A stretch of 64,000 bases of DNA from positions 57,476,001 through 57,540,000 of the forward strand of contig NW_024704742.1 of the NCBI RefSeq assembly GCF_018977255.1, read 5' to 3'. Position numbers and translations under genes: made by a program. The DNA comes from Callorhinchus milii. Taxonomy: Eukaryota. This document shows positions 1-13,200 of this stretch, one piece after another (position 1 is the stretch's first letter; the number at the start of each line of letters is the position of its first letter). The notes under the pieces were generated by a model. The model worked only from the letters and a program-made list of their open reading frames with translations. It was not told the DNA's origin and did no database searches.

Positions 1-1567
1 CAGGATGCCAAGACCAATTGTAACATCCCATACTGTCTCCCCACTTGGGACCAGCTAAATCAGTAAGAGAGTGGGGATCAAGACTGTGATCTTCCCTGTC
101 TGCATGGCTCAACTATTTACTTTTAAATTCACTGAGCCATCGGGGAGACTGCATGCAGGAGGTGTGAAATGCTGGGCATGGGAATGTGTAGCAACACAAT
201 GGCAAGTAAATCTCTGCCTGTAGCAACACAGAAATGTGCGGAGAGCTTTAACACTCAACAATCTTAAACCATCTGAAATGTTTATACCCATGAATGTCCA
301 GCAGGAGGCATAGATAAAGCAGATTCAGATAGCATTTTCCTCCTAAGAATAATCCAGCTTCTTCCTGAGTACTATCTTCCAGCAGAGAACTGTCTAAAGT
401 ACAAGAGGTCTTAGAGTATCCTAAAGTGTATTTAAACATTTAAGAGACATTTGAGCAGTTTCTTGGAAAGTTGCATTACACCAGAATAAGGAGATGCTGT
501 TTTGTTTTACGACTCTGGCAAAACTAAATCATGTTGCAAATAGAAATATAAAAAGCTTGAATTTCACATTAGGTGGATCAGCATCTTAAAGAAAGATAGA
601 TTAACGCTACAGGTATGAAACTTTGTTAAGTTGTTGTGCTCTGATAACCTATATATCTAGGATTTGTTGTTGTTACTTTAGGTTTTCAGCGTACATATAT
701 TTTTTTAATCTCAAAGCCATTATGCTGTGTCCTATTTATTTGCCCTTGAGCATAGTCTAGCCTTTTGTGAACTACTGTAATAGTGAAAATAATGAAATTA
801 CCAATAAATTATTGAATACCCTGACAAATTAAATACTGCGCAGCCCTTTTATAACATGCATTTTTATAGTGAGAGTTTGGTCATGACAAAGGTGCACTGC
901 AGACCCCAGTCGTTGCGCATGTGCACAGTTCGCTGCTCGCTTCCCATGTGTCATACAAAATGGCTAATGTTTGTCACTTTGTCACTTACAACAACAACAA
1001 ATTACAATTGTACAGCACCTTTCACGTTGGGAGGATGTCCCAAGGCGTTGAACTCTTTGCACAAACAGTAAGTGACTTCAGGGGCGAATTGATGAGCCAG
1101 AAGGGGGCTATTTTAAATTTCTGCCTAAAAAATAAGCCAACTTCTTGGTACACCATTGACATCATCATGGTCAGTGTAATGACATTTTATTTTTTCTTCA
1201 GAAGATGTGTTGCATGTGTCTGCAGTTCAGTCTTTCATATATGTTGGCAGGACTCAGTTAACACTCCTATTCATTTTGGAATGTATTTTCAGCCACATAA
1301 AATAAACTATGAATTTAGTACTAGAAAATTGATTATGGTAAAGCAACAATAAATATGGAGTGCACAGTGAGAGTCGAGGAGACCTCAACTGCCTTGCAAT
1401 ATGGGAGGAGGCAAGGTGAGAGGGCACAGGCTATACAGAAAATATTCTCAATTGTACTCTTTAAAGTATTTTGAAGTAACATTCTGCAAGTAAACATGTT
1501 GTTCCATTATAACCTTTTCTCACCCATACTGAGAATTAAAACAAACATACTTTTTACTCCATGGTAG

Positions 1568-1747
1568 GAGCAGGGACTCCAAAATGAACTAAATGTCATG
1601 ATTTTTTCGGACCATGGAATGACTGACATTTCTTGGAGAGACCAGGTCATTGAACTCGATAAATATATCAACATGTCAGATGTTTTGAAGTCTATGGACC
1701 GAGGTGCTTTAATGAGCATTTGGCCAAAAGATGGAAAACTGAATGAG
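1568..1747 (+). CDS. ENPP6: ENPP6 exon (180 nt, phase 0-0)
   Basis: tag|GAG...GAG|gtaagt; [34 protein letters not shown]...WPKDGKLNE. Confidence 0.95.
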
Positions 1748-4700
1748 GTAAGTAATAAGGAAACTAGCGGGAAAACCCTGATGGTATAGTGGAGAAGCTA
1801 CAGGTTAGACAGGAGCTTGCTGGTTTGTACCCCTGAGTTTGCTGGTCTCAGCTGGAACTGCATAGGGAGGCTGAATTGGTTCCTGTTCATGATGCCTCTA
1901 CAGCACCCTCTACTCGTTGTGTATGTGGCAGTCCAGCACAGAGAAGCCAGGCTCAGGGTTGATGCCATCTACAGTTGAGTGGCATGCTAACATTCACTGC
2001 CATTGGTCACACATGGACAATAACCACTTGGGAATAACCACAATAACCACTTTGAATCCATGACTGTTTGTGGGACATTGCTGTGTGCAATTGGCTGCCG
2101 CGTTCGCCCACAGTCAATTCACTCTACAGTATATTCTGTGAAGCGCTTTGGGACGTCTAGAAGACGGGAAAAGCGCTATATCAAATGCAAGGATTATTAT
2201 ATTATTATTATTATTATTGGGAGGGAAACTAGAAGGGAACCATCATGGAACCATGTTCCAATAAGAGAGGTCCATTGCCAGAGCAGAGAGGCAGATGCTC
2301 TAGGGATAAAATAAGAAAATAATTGGACATGCTAAATTTTTTAAAAACATAAATAATAAAGTACTACTGACTATGACTGTAAATGCGTTCTAAGGTTGGC
2401 TCCTGTGTCAAAAAGGCTATTGCCAAAATTATTTTAGAAAATGTTGCATCTGGTGATAATAACTCTGGACACACAACAGTGTGGACATGGCTTTATGATT
2501 TGTGAAGACCAAGGCAGGAGAACCTGGGCAATGGTGGACTAGACCCTATATGTTTAGGGTGTGATAGTTATTGCACTATCCTTTGATCTCACCAGCTGTA
2601 CAGGATTCTGAAAACTGTGCAGAGGCTGAAGGTGTACAAGAAAGATGAAATCCCAGAACGGTTCCATTACAAAAATGGCAAATTTGTATCTCCGCTTATC
2701 CTTCTTGCTGACCAAGGGTGGTTCATTATTGAGGTAAGATAATGCATTCAACATTACTCTTATTTTTACCATGTGAATGATCAGATTAGCTAATAGCAAT
2801 TTGCGTGCTGGGTTTCTGATATTTACATTGCAGATCATTGCCTCCATATAAGGAGACCTTGTGTTTTCTAAATCTTAGTTCATCTTATGTTTGGGGACAG
2901 ACCTGCTGTTGGTCGCAGTTTTAAAAGGATAAAAAAGAAAAAAAAGAACTTGCAGTTTCATAGCACCTTATCACGATCAATTATCTCGAGCTCGACAGTA
3001 ATTACTAGCCAACAATACTTCAGATTCCATTGGTTATTAATTTTATGGCTGTTTGTGTGATATGGCTGTGTGCAAATTGGCTGGCATGTTCACCTACAAA
3101 ATACACAATTATAACACTTTACAATAAAATCCTTTGACATGTTTCGACGGTGTGATTAGGCACTGTATCAAATTATTTATTACTTTATCATTACTGTGAA
3201 ATGCGGTGACTTTTTAGAATCATAGAAATTTACAGTGCAGAAGGAGACCATTAGGCCCATTGAGCAAACTTTTTGTCAGCCAATGAGGTAGCCATTTTGC
3301 ACATAATAAGATTCCAGACAACCGTGGTGTGACTGACCAATTTTTTCAGGAGGATTGTTGGCCAGGAACCACACACAACAACAACAACAAAACTACATTT
3401 GTAAAGTGCCTTTCATGTCGGGAGGTTGCCTCAAGGCGCTGAACATTCGGGGATCAGGACCCGAGCATGGGGGACAGGGTTGGGGTGAGGGAGGGCAGAG
3501 AGGGTAGGTGGGCGGCTGAAGGCATGGTCGAAAAGAAGGGTCATGAGTTGTGCCTTGAAGGAGGCAAGGGACAGAGCGAGGCGAAGAGATTGTGGGATGC
3601 AGTTCCAGAGGATGGGGGCACAGAGGCTGAAAGCCCAGCTGCCGATGGTAGGGCGGGTCGGGCAGGAGACATGGAGCAGGCCGGAGTCTGCTGAATGGAG
3701 GGAATGGACAGGCTGATAGGGGGTCAGCAGGTCAGGGAGGTAGGAGGGGGCAAGGCCATGGAGGGCCTTAAAAGTGAGGACAATGATTTTGAATTCTATT
3801 CTCTGAGGGATAGGGAGCCAGTGGTGAGGGTGGGGGTGATGTGGTCACAGAGCCTGGTGCAGGAGACGACACATTCAATGACAAACCTGGAGCCACACAG
3901 ACTAGATTGTTTGACTAGGTAAGGTTTAAACTAGCTCATGTATGAAACATGATGATATCCCACTCACAGGAATACATGGAGGAAAAGCCAGTTGGAAACG
4001 GAAAATGGTAGCGGATCCTCCATGCACAGGACATTCATGAAGCAGAAACTTCTCTTATCACCTGAGTAAGATAATCTAGGTGCCAAACAAGCTAATCATT
4101 GGCCATTCCCTAGAATATGTTAGTTAAAGGAAAATCCAAGCATTTTGGCAAAGTATTCAATTATAGGGTTAATTCTTTTGACTTCCTAATTGATACTTGG
4201 ACCTGAGGCTAAGAAAGTCCTGAAGTTATACCAACACAATTGTTGTGCAGATGGTAAAACCAAACTAAAACAGACGTTTTTTACCCTGTTATCAGCAGCT
4301 GATAACATTGCGCATTCAGTTTCTTGAGAGAATTATCAGCAAGAGTAAGTAGCCCTGCTAGCTTCCTCACACAATAATAATAATCCTTGCAATAATCTTT
4401 GTCCAATGTTTCGCCCTGCCCGGGAATTGAACCCAGGTCCTCTTGCTTGTGAGGCAAGTGTTCTAACTACTAAGCTACAAAACTCCACAATGAAAGTGTG
4501 TGAGTGAGGAATTTAAGTAGATAACATAACAAGCTATGATTTCTAAGGCATAATACAGTTTTAATTAGATGTTTTTAGACGGCCTCAAGTTTGATGTAAG
4601 ATTCCTCCTGGGTTGTGATTTACTCCAGTAATGTAATATTTCAGAGCGTCCAGAATTTGGCAAATTGTTGAATTCAATCTGAACTTTGAAGTTGTTCTTT

Positions 4701-7700
4701 GGTAAATCTTAAAAGAAATGACAGAAAACTGGCTTGAAAAATCAGGCTGTATTGAAGAATTTGCCAAATTCTGGATGCTTTGAAATCTACGTTAATAGAG
4801 AAAATGTAGAACAAGGTGAATTTTACCTGTGCAATGTTTTTGGTGCAGCAGATATTTGATGCTGCTATTATGTTGTGGATCCTGTGGTATGAACTGTGAT
4901 GCTTTTCCATTCATGGACTTTGCATCTGGGCGTCGGAATGGATCAGCCACTTGTGACATAAGGAACATATTGCAATGTTATTGTGTAGCTGGTTTGATGA
5001 CGTCAGATGTACTTACCATTTTAAGCTGCTTGCTGCTTCCGAAATAACATCAGCAGAGGCCCGAAGATGTGCCTGAATGTAAGGTGACTTTGCTCTTGGC
5101 CAGTTCCTGGGTCCTCTAGCATTACTTCATGAGAGACAATCAAGAAAATAATCTTAGTAAAAAAAATGTTGTGTGTGCGTGTGTGAATCCCCTGACATCA
5201 TTGCATCAACTGTACAATGCCATCCCTTCTGCTTCCTTTCACTCCAGCTCTATTGTGTGTCTGCCAGGCTCAGTTGGTAGCACTCTCATAGTCTGAGTCA
5301 GAAGGTTGTGGGTTCAAACCCCATGTCGGTACTTGGAATTCATATTGTCTAAACTGACCGTCTGATGCAGTGCTGGGGGTGTGTTACATTGTTGGAGATG
5401 CTGTCCTTCAGATTAACATTAAACTGAGGCTCTTTACTTATAAGGTAAACATGTATCAATTCAGACAGCGAAACTGTGACATGCAAAGCAATAATTATCA
5501 CTTTAGTGATATTAATACATTATCAGAAATTCTGCCTCTGCCGATGTTTCAGTTCCTTTTTCAGAAAGGTTGGTCCAAAGCTTTCTGTGGCGATTGTATG
5601 CACCTCCCCACCGATTGTCAGACTGCAGTGTCAGTTTGCAGAATAGTGCAACATCCGCTCCCCCATTTTAAGAGGAAGGATACTGTGAAGGCCAAGGGCT
5701 GGCTGGGTCCTATGTAACAGACTCTGATTTTGCAGACAAATATAATTTTTTCAGTAAGTTCTGCCTCTCATTGATAATATGAGCAGAATCTATTCAGAAG
5801 CATGAACAAAACGCATGAAGTGTCCAACCCAAAATGTTCCCTCTATTTCTTTTTTAGATGCCAATTGCTCTGTTCTGCTTTTTCTGGTTTTATTTCAGAT
5901 TTCCAGCATGTGCACTTTTTCTCCTCTTTTTATCTCTATTTCAGGAGCTGCTGGTTTGACGCCAGGACCTGAATACCTGACTAGGCAGCATTTCTGCCAA
6001 TATAAATACAGTAGAGGCTGGCTACTGTCAGTCATTCATGTGGTGTGTGTGTGTTTGTTTAAGTGTGCATTCAAGGTCCTCGCCCTGACGTATAAATCCC
6101 TTCATGCCCTCGCACCCCCCTGTCTCTCTGATCTTCATGTACCCCACTTCTTGCTCATTCCTCTCTACTCAGCTAACGCAGGCCAACTGCACATCCCTCA
6201 CCTCAAGTACACATTCCCTGTCCCCTCCACCCCCGCTTTGGTGGTCGAGCTTTCAGTCACTATGCCCCCTAACCCCTGGAACACCCTATCCCTTCATCTA
6301 TCTCTAAATCCCGCCTTAAAACCTACCTCTTCGACTGTGCCCAGGGTTACCTCCCCTTCTCCCTTACTTGGTGTCCAATCCCACCACTATGATGCGCTCT
6401 GAGGCTTTATTCTCCATGAAGGGTCACTAATATAAATAGAAATTATTGTGTGCACCCACAATTTGATAGATAACATCTTAATGAGCGAGTGAACCATCTT
6501 TGCAGTTTTTGCCCATGTGATGATTATTACTGGTGGTAAGTATCATATCCACACCACACTTACTGACGATTCGCTAGCTGTTAAGAGTCACAGGAATGCT
6601 ATTTTCCCCCCTTGCTAGAACAGGAGCAAGCTGCCATACTGGGACAATGGAACAGGGACTAAAGATGCCTGGCAGAATGGATGGCATGGTTTTGACAATG
6701 AATTCAGGGACATGAGGGGATTCTTTATTGCTTACGGACCAGGTAACCATAGATAGAATTATTTCATTTCTGACTTGATCCTGATAGCGATAAGAGATTT
6801 TTTTTTTACAGTGGGGTAAGATAGGATATTTGTAACAGAGACTGTGGTGTTTTAAGGCATGACCTATGTCAGTGTAAAGATCACTAGGTCACATGCCCCA
6901 GAAAGTGGTCTCTTCTTTTCAGATTTGCAGGTAAGATGAGCATTAGACAAGCTGGGCTTCAAGCTTTGGGTCAAATTAACCTGGGGAAATAATAATAATA
7001 ATAACCAATTTTAAACAAACAAAATAAGTCAGAAGCTTCTCTAAGAGCAAGAATTTGGTCAACCACCCTATCCCACCGCCCCACCCATTTATTATTGTTA
7101 TTTGAGACATCCTCCCATTGTGAAAGTTGCTATATAAATATAAAATTGTTGCTGGTGATTTTCACCTCACCACTTAGAGAAATTGAATTTAGCAGCAATT
7201 CGGGTCTGGGAGGAAGAGACCAATTCAAAGGAGAGGGTGCCCGGCCATCTAGTTTCATATGCAAATATAAAGCTCCATCTTCCTATAAAGAAGAGGGACT
7301 GGAGAAGGGGATACAGGCTGTTTAATTTTGGTTAAAGACAATCTGTGATGCAGACTATGCCAGAGGATGGGGATGCTTTGAATTGTTGCATCTTCTAGCA
7401 TGCTGGACAGAGAAGCATTGGGAGGATGATATTTTCCTCCCCAAAACATTATTTTATGTATAATTTTACAGTGGGTTATATGAGAATTGACTACAGAGAT
7501 TGGAATCCAGGATCCCTAGGGTTAAAACATTTGGTTGTAATCATGCTAACCAAATAATTTTTCAGTTTGCCTAAACCATAGTACGTTATCTATGAGATTT
7601 TCAAAGATCTCTTTCATGTAAAATTTGTCACCAGTTCAGGAAACTTGCATTTCCTTGTTCTTTGCATTCAAAACACGGGTGCCATTTGTGTGTGTACAAA

Positions 7701-8025
7701 CTTCTTTGATGACCGAACACTTATGTGATTAGCCATAGAAGTCACGACTTTAAAAACATTGCTCTTCATCCAGATAGTTTTGAAGCTAATTCTGTTTTTG
7801 CACTTTTTAGATTTCAGAAGGAACTACAGGGCAGCCCCGATCCGAGCAGTTGACTTGTACAATGTCATGTGCCATGTTGCTGGAATTGACCCATTGCCAA
7901 ACAATGGCTCCTGGTCCAGGGTGGAGTGCATGTTGGACAATAATGCCAACAAGGCACATAGTACCAAAGTCAGCAGCAATGTATTGGCATTCACACTGCT
8001 CTGGTTGTTCTTTCAATCAAATTAG
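1568..8025 (+). CDS. ENPP6: ENPP6 (glycerophosphocholine cholinephosphodiesterase), 3' part: join(1568..1747,2596..2733,6619..6742,7811..8025)
   Basis: Four GT-AG exons splice in frame to [23 protein letters not shown]...[29 protein letters not shown]...[42 protein letters not shown]...[15 protein letters not shown], followed by a hydrophobic GPI-signal-like tail. This is recognisably ENPP6, with metal-ligand motifs SDHG and WHG. Upstream exons lie before the window. Confidence 0.96.
2596..2733 (+). CDS. ENPP6: ENPP6 exon (138 nt, phase 0-0)
   Basis: cag|CTG...GAG|gtaaga; [46 protein letters not shown]. Confidence 0.95.
3377..3870 (-). mobile_element. L2 LINE 3' fragment, degraded
   Basis: (CAA)n tail plus the shared L2 3' end (tacatttgtaaagtgcctttcatgtcgggagg); similar to the longer L2 copies in the window. 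Confidence 0.75.
4405..4488 (-). mobile_element. tRNA-derived SINE head (internally deleted copy)
   Basis: A-box/B-box-like gtggagt..gtagcttagtagttagaacact...gggttcaattcccgggc, matching the heads at 29120-29230 and 58030-58127. Confidence 0.75.
5266..5435 (+). mobile_element. Deu-domain SINE (SacSINE/AmnSINE-like) 5' fragment
   Basis: gctcagttggtagcactctc...ctgagtcagaaggttgtgggttcaaacccca...taaactgaggc; related copies at about 32715, 46560-46945, 55950-56375 and 56630-57050. Confidence 0.65.
6065..6450 (+). mobile_element. L2 LINE 3' fragment
   Basis: Encodes [22 protein letters not shown], the L2 ORF2 C-terminal motif. Confidence 0.75.
6619..6742 (+). CDS. ENPP6: ENPP6 exon (124 nt, phase 0-1)
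   Basis: tag|AAC...CAG|gtaacc; [41 protein letters not shown]. Confidence 0.95.
7811..8025 (+). CDS. ENPP6: ENPP6 last coding exon with GPI-anchor signal-like C-terminus
   Basis: tttttag|[76 protein letters not shown] at 8023-8025. Confidence 0.95.
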
Positions 8026-8141
8026 AACTTTTTTTAAAATTTCATTTTCACTGTGATTTTTAGTAAAAAAAATACACTTGTTAATATTTTCGATGTAAGA
8101 TTTGCAGTATGATTCTATGTACAAATGGTATTGTGTTACAC

Positions 8142-8147
8142 AATAAA
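8142..8147 (+). terminator. Candidate ENPP6 polyadenylation signal
   Basis: First AATAAA after the stop codon, followed by T/GT-rich sequence. Alternatives occur at 8355 and 8995. Confidence 0.55.
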
Positions 8148-9539
8148 ATGTGGCTAAATCTTCACCAAATCTTTGTTCTGCTATGTATTTGTAACCTACA
8201 GGAATATATTTTTAATACCCTGAATTTCTTTGTATTGATTGCCTTCAATAAGACCAAAATTCAAATACAGTATATTAAAGAGTAACTAATCTGATTAGAG
8301 CCATTCATTCCAAACTTATCAAGATGGTCTGTTTTGTTTGGTTGTATACCTGAAAATAAATGATTACTGTTCAATTTGTGTAATGAATTAAGAATAATCC
8401 TTGCTTGTACTTTTGCTATTTGTTTTGCCTTAACAAAGTTAGTTCGATCTATATCCTGTTTAAAACACAGGCCTTACAAACAAAAAAAAGCTATTCAGCC
8501 CACCAAGTCCTTCCACACTCCCCAGACAATCTGTGCTTTTATGGATTTTTCACAACCTGTTTAACATGCTGAGGAAAGATCCATCACCATTTCTTCCTCA
8601 GCCTCAAATTCAGTCAAGTGAACTTCCAGCACATCTATCCATCCCCATGTCACAACAGCTCTGGCTGCTTAGTTTTCATAGACAGGATTTCTTTGGTCCC
8701 AGCAGAGCAGAATTAATTGTGTTCCACAGAGATTATCCCTATCCAAAACCAATAACGTTCAATCCCATTCCTAATCAGTCATATTTTAACTCATTTTACA
8801 GAAAATGGTGAATCTAGGGATCAGAATGCTGAGGGTGATGTATTATCAACTCCAGGAGCAAACATTTTAGCACTTGAGTGTTGCTTAACAGGAACCCTCT
8901 CCCATCCCACTCCACACATCAGCACACCAGTTGGGTCTGAAGATTTACGTGTTCCATTCCTCTCCCAATCATGGATGTTAACTCTCATAATATCAATAAA
9001 ATTCAGTCAACTATCTTTATGGTTTTATAAAACACACTGCTCATGGCATTAATCTACACTTGTTATTATTTAATAAATAGTAATAATCATTGTATTTGAT
9101 ATAACACTTTTCACGTTGTGAGTACATCACAAATTGCTTTACAGGATTTACTGTAAAGTGTAGTGACTATGTATTTGTAAGTGAATGCGGCAGCCAATTT
9201 GTGCACAGCAATACCTTAAAATCAATTACAACAGCCATGAAGTAAACCATCTATTTTATCTGGAGGATTTTTGGGCAGGACACTGAGAGAAACTCCCTTC
9301 TCTTTTCGAATAGTGGAATGGGATCTTTAACATCCACCTGAACAGGCAGGTGGGGCCTTGGTTTTGTGTCTTTTCTGAAGGACCTAAAGTATTTCTAAAA
9401 AGAGGAGACTATAGAACAACATCTTTACTGATTGTATAATATTTAGTATGAAATTACATGTCGGTAGTAAAGTAGTATGTTGATGATTGCAATTTCAGTG
9501 TAAAATTGTAACAAATAATCAAATTAAAATCTGTGAAGA

Positions 9540-9545
9540 TTTATT
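9540..9545 (-). terminator. Candidate polyadenylation signal of the CDHR2-like gene
   Basis: TTTATT on + (AATAAA on -) about 535 nt past the stop codon. Confidence 0.4.
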
Positions 9546-10080
9546 AGATGATAAATTACAATATTTGTCAATATCCAGCTTTGGAAAAGAATTATAAGCA
9601 CAGAATTATTAATACGGATGGATTGAAGGTTGAATACTGATAAATTGTACCCTGATAGTCATTAGTTAAGAACATGTTAAACTGTCACATATAGACCAGT
9701 GGTTGATTCATATTAATTCCTCTATTATACTTTTTATCACTGTACAAAAGTATCAGTAATTACATACTAGATAAACATGGGAGGAAATGCATTGGAATAA
9801 AATTGCCTTAAGCTAATCAGTACAATCCACTGCATTTCTACTTTTCTTAAAAACTCCATGAAAAATCATTCATTTGCACAAACTTGAAAGAAATAATGAG
9901 CTGGAGATCGACTGGATGATAAACCTAAGCAAATGGCACTTGAAACTTTCGACAATAATTTCTCAAATTACTAATCTAAATAATAAAACCTTGTTAAGAT
10001 CAAAATATTCTTCCTGGCAAAATGTTCTGTTGGCTAACAAAGTTGTTAAAATTTACAACAGCGAAACTCCCTTTTTCCAC

Positions 10081-10257
10081 TCATAGATCAGTTGATTCCA
10101 GACCAGCATTGCTGAATGAATACACCACCTTGCCAGACTTCTCCGTATATTTGCTTTGTTCATGTGAAGCCAAAGCCGCTGTAAGGAAGTCTTGACTTGA
10201 GGTCTCTTGTGAATTGTTTGCATCCTTGCTTTGTTTATCTTTCAAGAACAGAGTCTC
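10081..10257 (-). CDS. CDHR2: CDHR2-like last exon (PDZ-binding C-terminus)
   Basis: caacag|[61 protein letters not shown]. Confidence 0.92.
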   Translation of the reverse strand, partial: ETLFLKDKQSKDANNSQETSSQDFLTAALASHEQSKYTEKSGKVVYSFSNAGLESTDL

Positions 10258-13200
10258 CTGTTGGAATTACAAAGCACAGAGACAACATTTACCACATCAA
10301 TAGAGATTAGATCTTATAAAGTTCAATTAAACAGAAGAATTGATGACAAAGGATATTCTTTAGTTCCACTAGTAAAGTTCATTTTGGCCTGGAATCTATT
10401 GTAATTTAAATATATACTTTGGAAGATTTTCTGAATACCTGATAATTGTAGGTGCCAGGGTTTTGAATATTAAAGTAATCCTTTTCCTCAGCAATGGCAT
10501 TTTCATCAAGGGAGTTCAAACTGCATTTCAGAAGGTATGCACAGTTAATTTCAGCGACACAATGAACAGTTTTTTTGAAGATATGGGTTTCAATTTTGAA
10601 TTTCAAATGAGTTAGACTACATACCTTTTCTGATCCAAATAAACCTCATCATTAGCACAGGAAGTGGCTGCACTGAGAAGATTTTTATTCCAAACTGGAT
10701 TGGAGCTGAAGCAAAATATACAGAAAAAAACTCTTCTTATTAAATCCAGTAACAGCTGAAGACTGAACAGGATTCCAGCTACAGCATAATTCCTTCTTGT
10801 CTGCACCAACAATAATGTGAAGTAAGTCCAAACTATGAGGAGCACTGGACACTCTACCAGTGTACAACTCTCCTTCCTTCACATAGCATATAACAATAAT
10901 CCTTGCATTTGATATAGTGCCTTATGACATCATTGAGACCTCTCAAAGCACTTCACAGAATATATTGTAAAATGGATTGTCTCTGAATTTTGTGGGTGAA
11001 ATGTGGCAGTCAATTGCGCACAGTCAGTCGTGGATTGAATTAAAGCAATCTGCCAATCGACTAACCAACTGGGTTCCTACTTACTGCTAGGTAAACAGGC
11101 ACATGGAGTAAGAAAATTTGCCTAAGGTTTTGCCCCGCCCAGAAATCAAACATGGGTCCTCTCACTTGCAAGGAGAACCCATTAACTCTACAGGACTCCA
11201 ATATAGCAATGTCACTTTATAGTTTACTGTTCAGTGCAGTAATTGTTTATATGTGGGTGAATGGGGCAGCCAATTTGCACACGACAAGATCCCACACACA
11301 GCTCGAAGATTAATGGCAGATTTATTTTTGTAGGATTATTATTATAATATATATAATAATATTTATAATTATTATGCAGACTCTCTTGTCTTTTCAAATA
11401 GTGCAGCAATGCAAATTTCCCATCTTGGAGTAAGTTTGGCAATTTGTTTTAGTAGAAATGTATTTCAGTCACTTGATAGTTTTGGCTTTCAGCATAAGAG
11501 CAATCAAAATTCAATGATTTGTCCATGGAAAACCTAGGATGGTGGGGAGAAGAAAGACAACTGAAAGTTTGGTCGAAGAGCTAGGTCATGAGATGAACCT
11601 TGAACGAGTGAGGAAGAGAGCGAGTAGGAGGATAATAATAATCCTTGCATTTGATATAGCACCTTATCACGTCTTCGAGATGTTTCAAAGCGCTTCACAG
11701 ATTATACACTATAAAGTATATTTTATGGGTAAAACGCAGCAGCCAATTTTGCATGGTAGGGTCCCACAAACAACAAAAACAGCAACACGATTACATTTGA
11801 ATAGCGCCTTTCACGTCGGGAGGATGTTCCAAGGCGCTAGACAGTGTACAGCATTTCAGACCCGAACTGGGGTCAGGCGGGGGAGAAGGGAGGTGGCTGA
11901 TGGCATGATCGAAGAGGAGGGTCTTGAGGCGGGACTTGAAGGAGGCGAAGGAGGTGGAGTGACTGGGGCATGGATTTCCAGAGGTTGGGGCAGAGTGGCT
12001 GAAGGCTCTCCTGCCAATGGTGGGGTGGTGGGTCGGGGGACGTGGAGTAGGCCAGAGCCGGCTGAGCGGAGGGAATGGGTGGGCTGGTAGGGGGTTGCAG
12101 TGGTAGGGTGGGGCCATGGAGGACTTTGTAGGTGAGGACCAGGATCTTGAACTGGATCCTCTGAAGGATAGGGAGCCAATGGAGTTGGGCGAGAATGAGG
12201 GAGACGGGGTCACAGAGTTTGGTGCGGGAGAGGACAACGGCTGCAGAGTTCTGGATTATCTGCATCCTGCGGAGGGAGGAGTTAGGAAGGCTGACAAGCA
12301 GGGCGTTTGCATAGTCGAGCCTGGAGGTGATGAAGGCATGAACAAGAGTTTCAGCGGCCTGAGGGGTGAGGTAGTGGCGGAGTCGGACGATGTTACGGAA
12401 GTAAGGGAAGGCAGAGCGGGTCATGGCTTGGATTTGGGGAAGAAGATAGTTGAGGGTCGAACAAGACACTTAGGTTCCTGACTGGCTTGGTGAGTTGAAG
12501 TATGCAACCATGGAGGTTGATGTTGCCAGAGCCTGAGGTGCTGAGGCACTGGCGTGAGCCAATCAGGACAATCTTGGTCTTGTTCACATTCAACTGTAGG
12601 AAATTTGCCTTCATCCAGTCATAGATTGAGATGGCTAAATTATTTCAAACTTGAGCAAGTTTCTTGAAGCCCCAATGTGGACTTCCAATGAATGGTTCTG
12701 TAAGTTTAAAGGTCTTCAGCAAGGTGTGCGCAGATGCCCAAAATGGTTTGAAGTCACTTCACTTAATGTAATTACTGTAAATCATTTTGGAATGTTTTGA
12801 CCTTATAGACACTATATCAAATGCAAGGATTATTATTGTTGTAAATATGACGAAGGAGAATTTCACACTTGTGTAGTGACTAATGGTGTGAGTTTGGATT
12901 TAAAGTGTTTTGTGATGTAACAATAATAATCCTTACATTTGATATAGAGTCTTTCAAGTCAGGAGGATGTCTCAAAATCCTTCACAGAATTGACTGTAAA
13001 ATGTAATGACCTGTGCAGTTTGCAGGTGAACGCAGTAGCCAATTTGTGCACAGCAATATCCCCCAACACTCATGAAGCAAATTAACAATTTTATTTGGGG
13101 GATTGTTGGTCAAGACAGTGTGAGAAATTCCCTTCTCTTTTCAAATAATACTGTGGGATGTTTAACCTCCACCTGAACAGACAAAAACTGTGTTTTCAGC

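Noticed and set aside
530..705. Possible Penelope-derived palindromic repeat remnant (also at about 5860-5930)
   Set aside because: Too decayed to define boundaries or a ribozyme core by eye.
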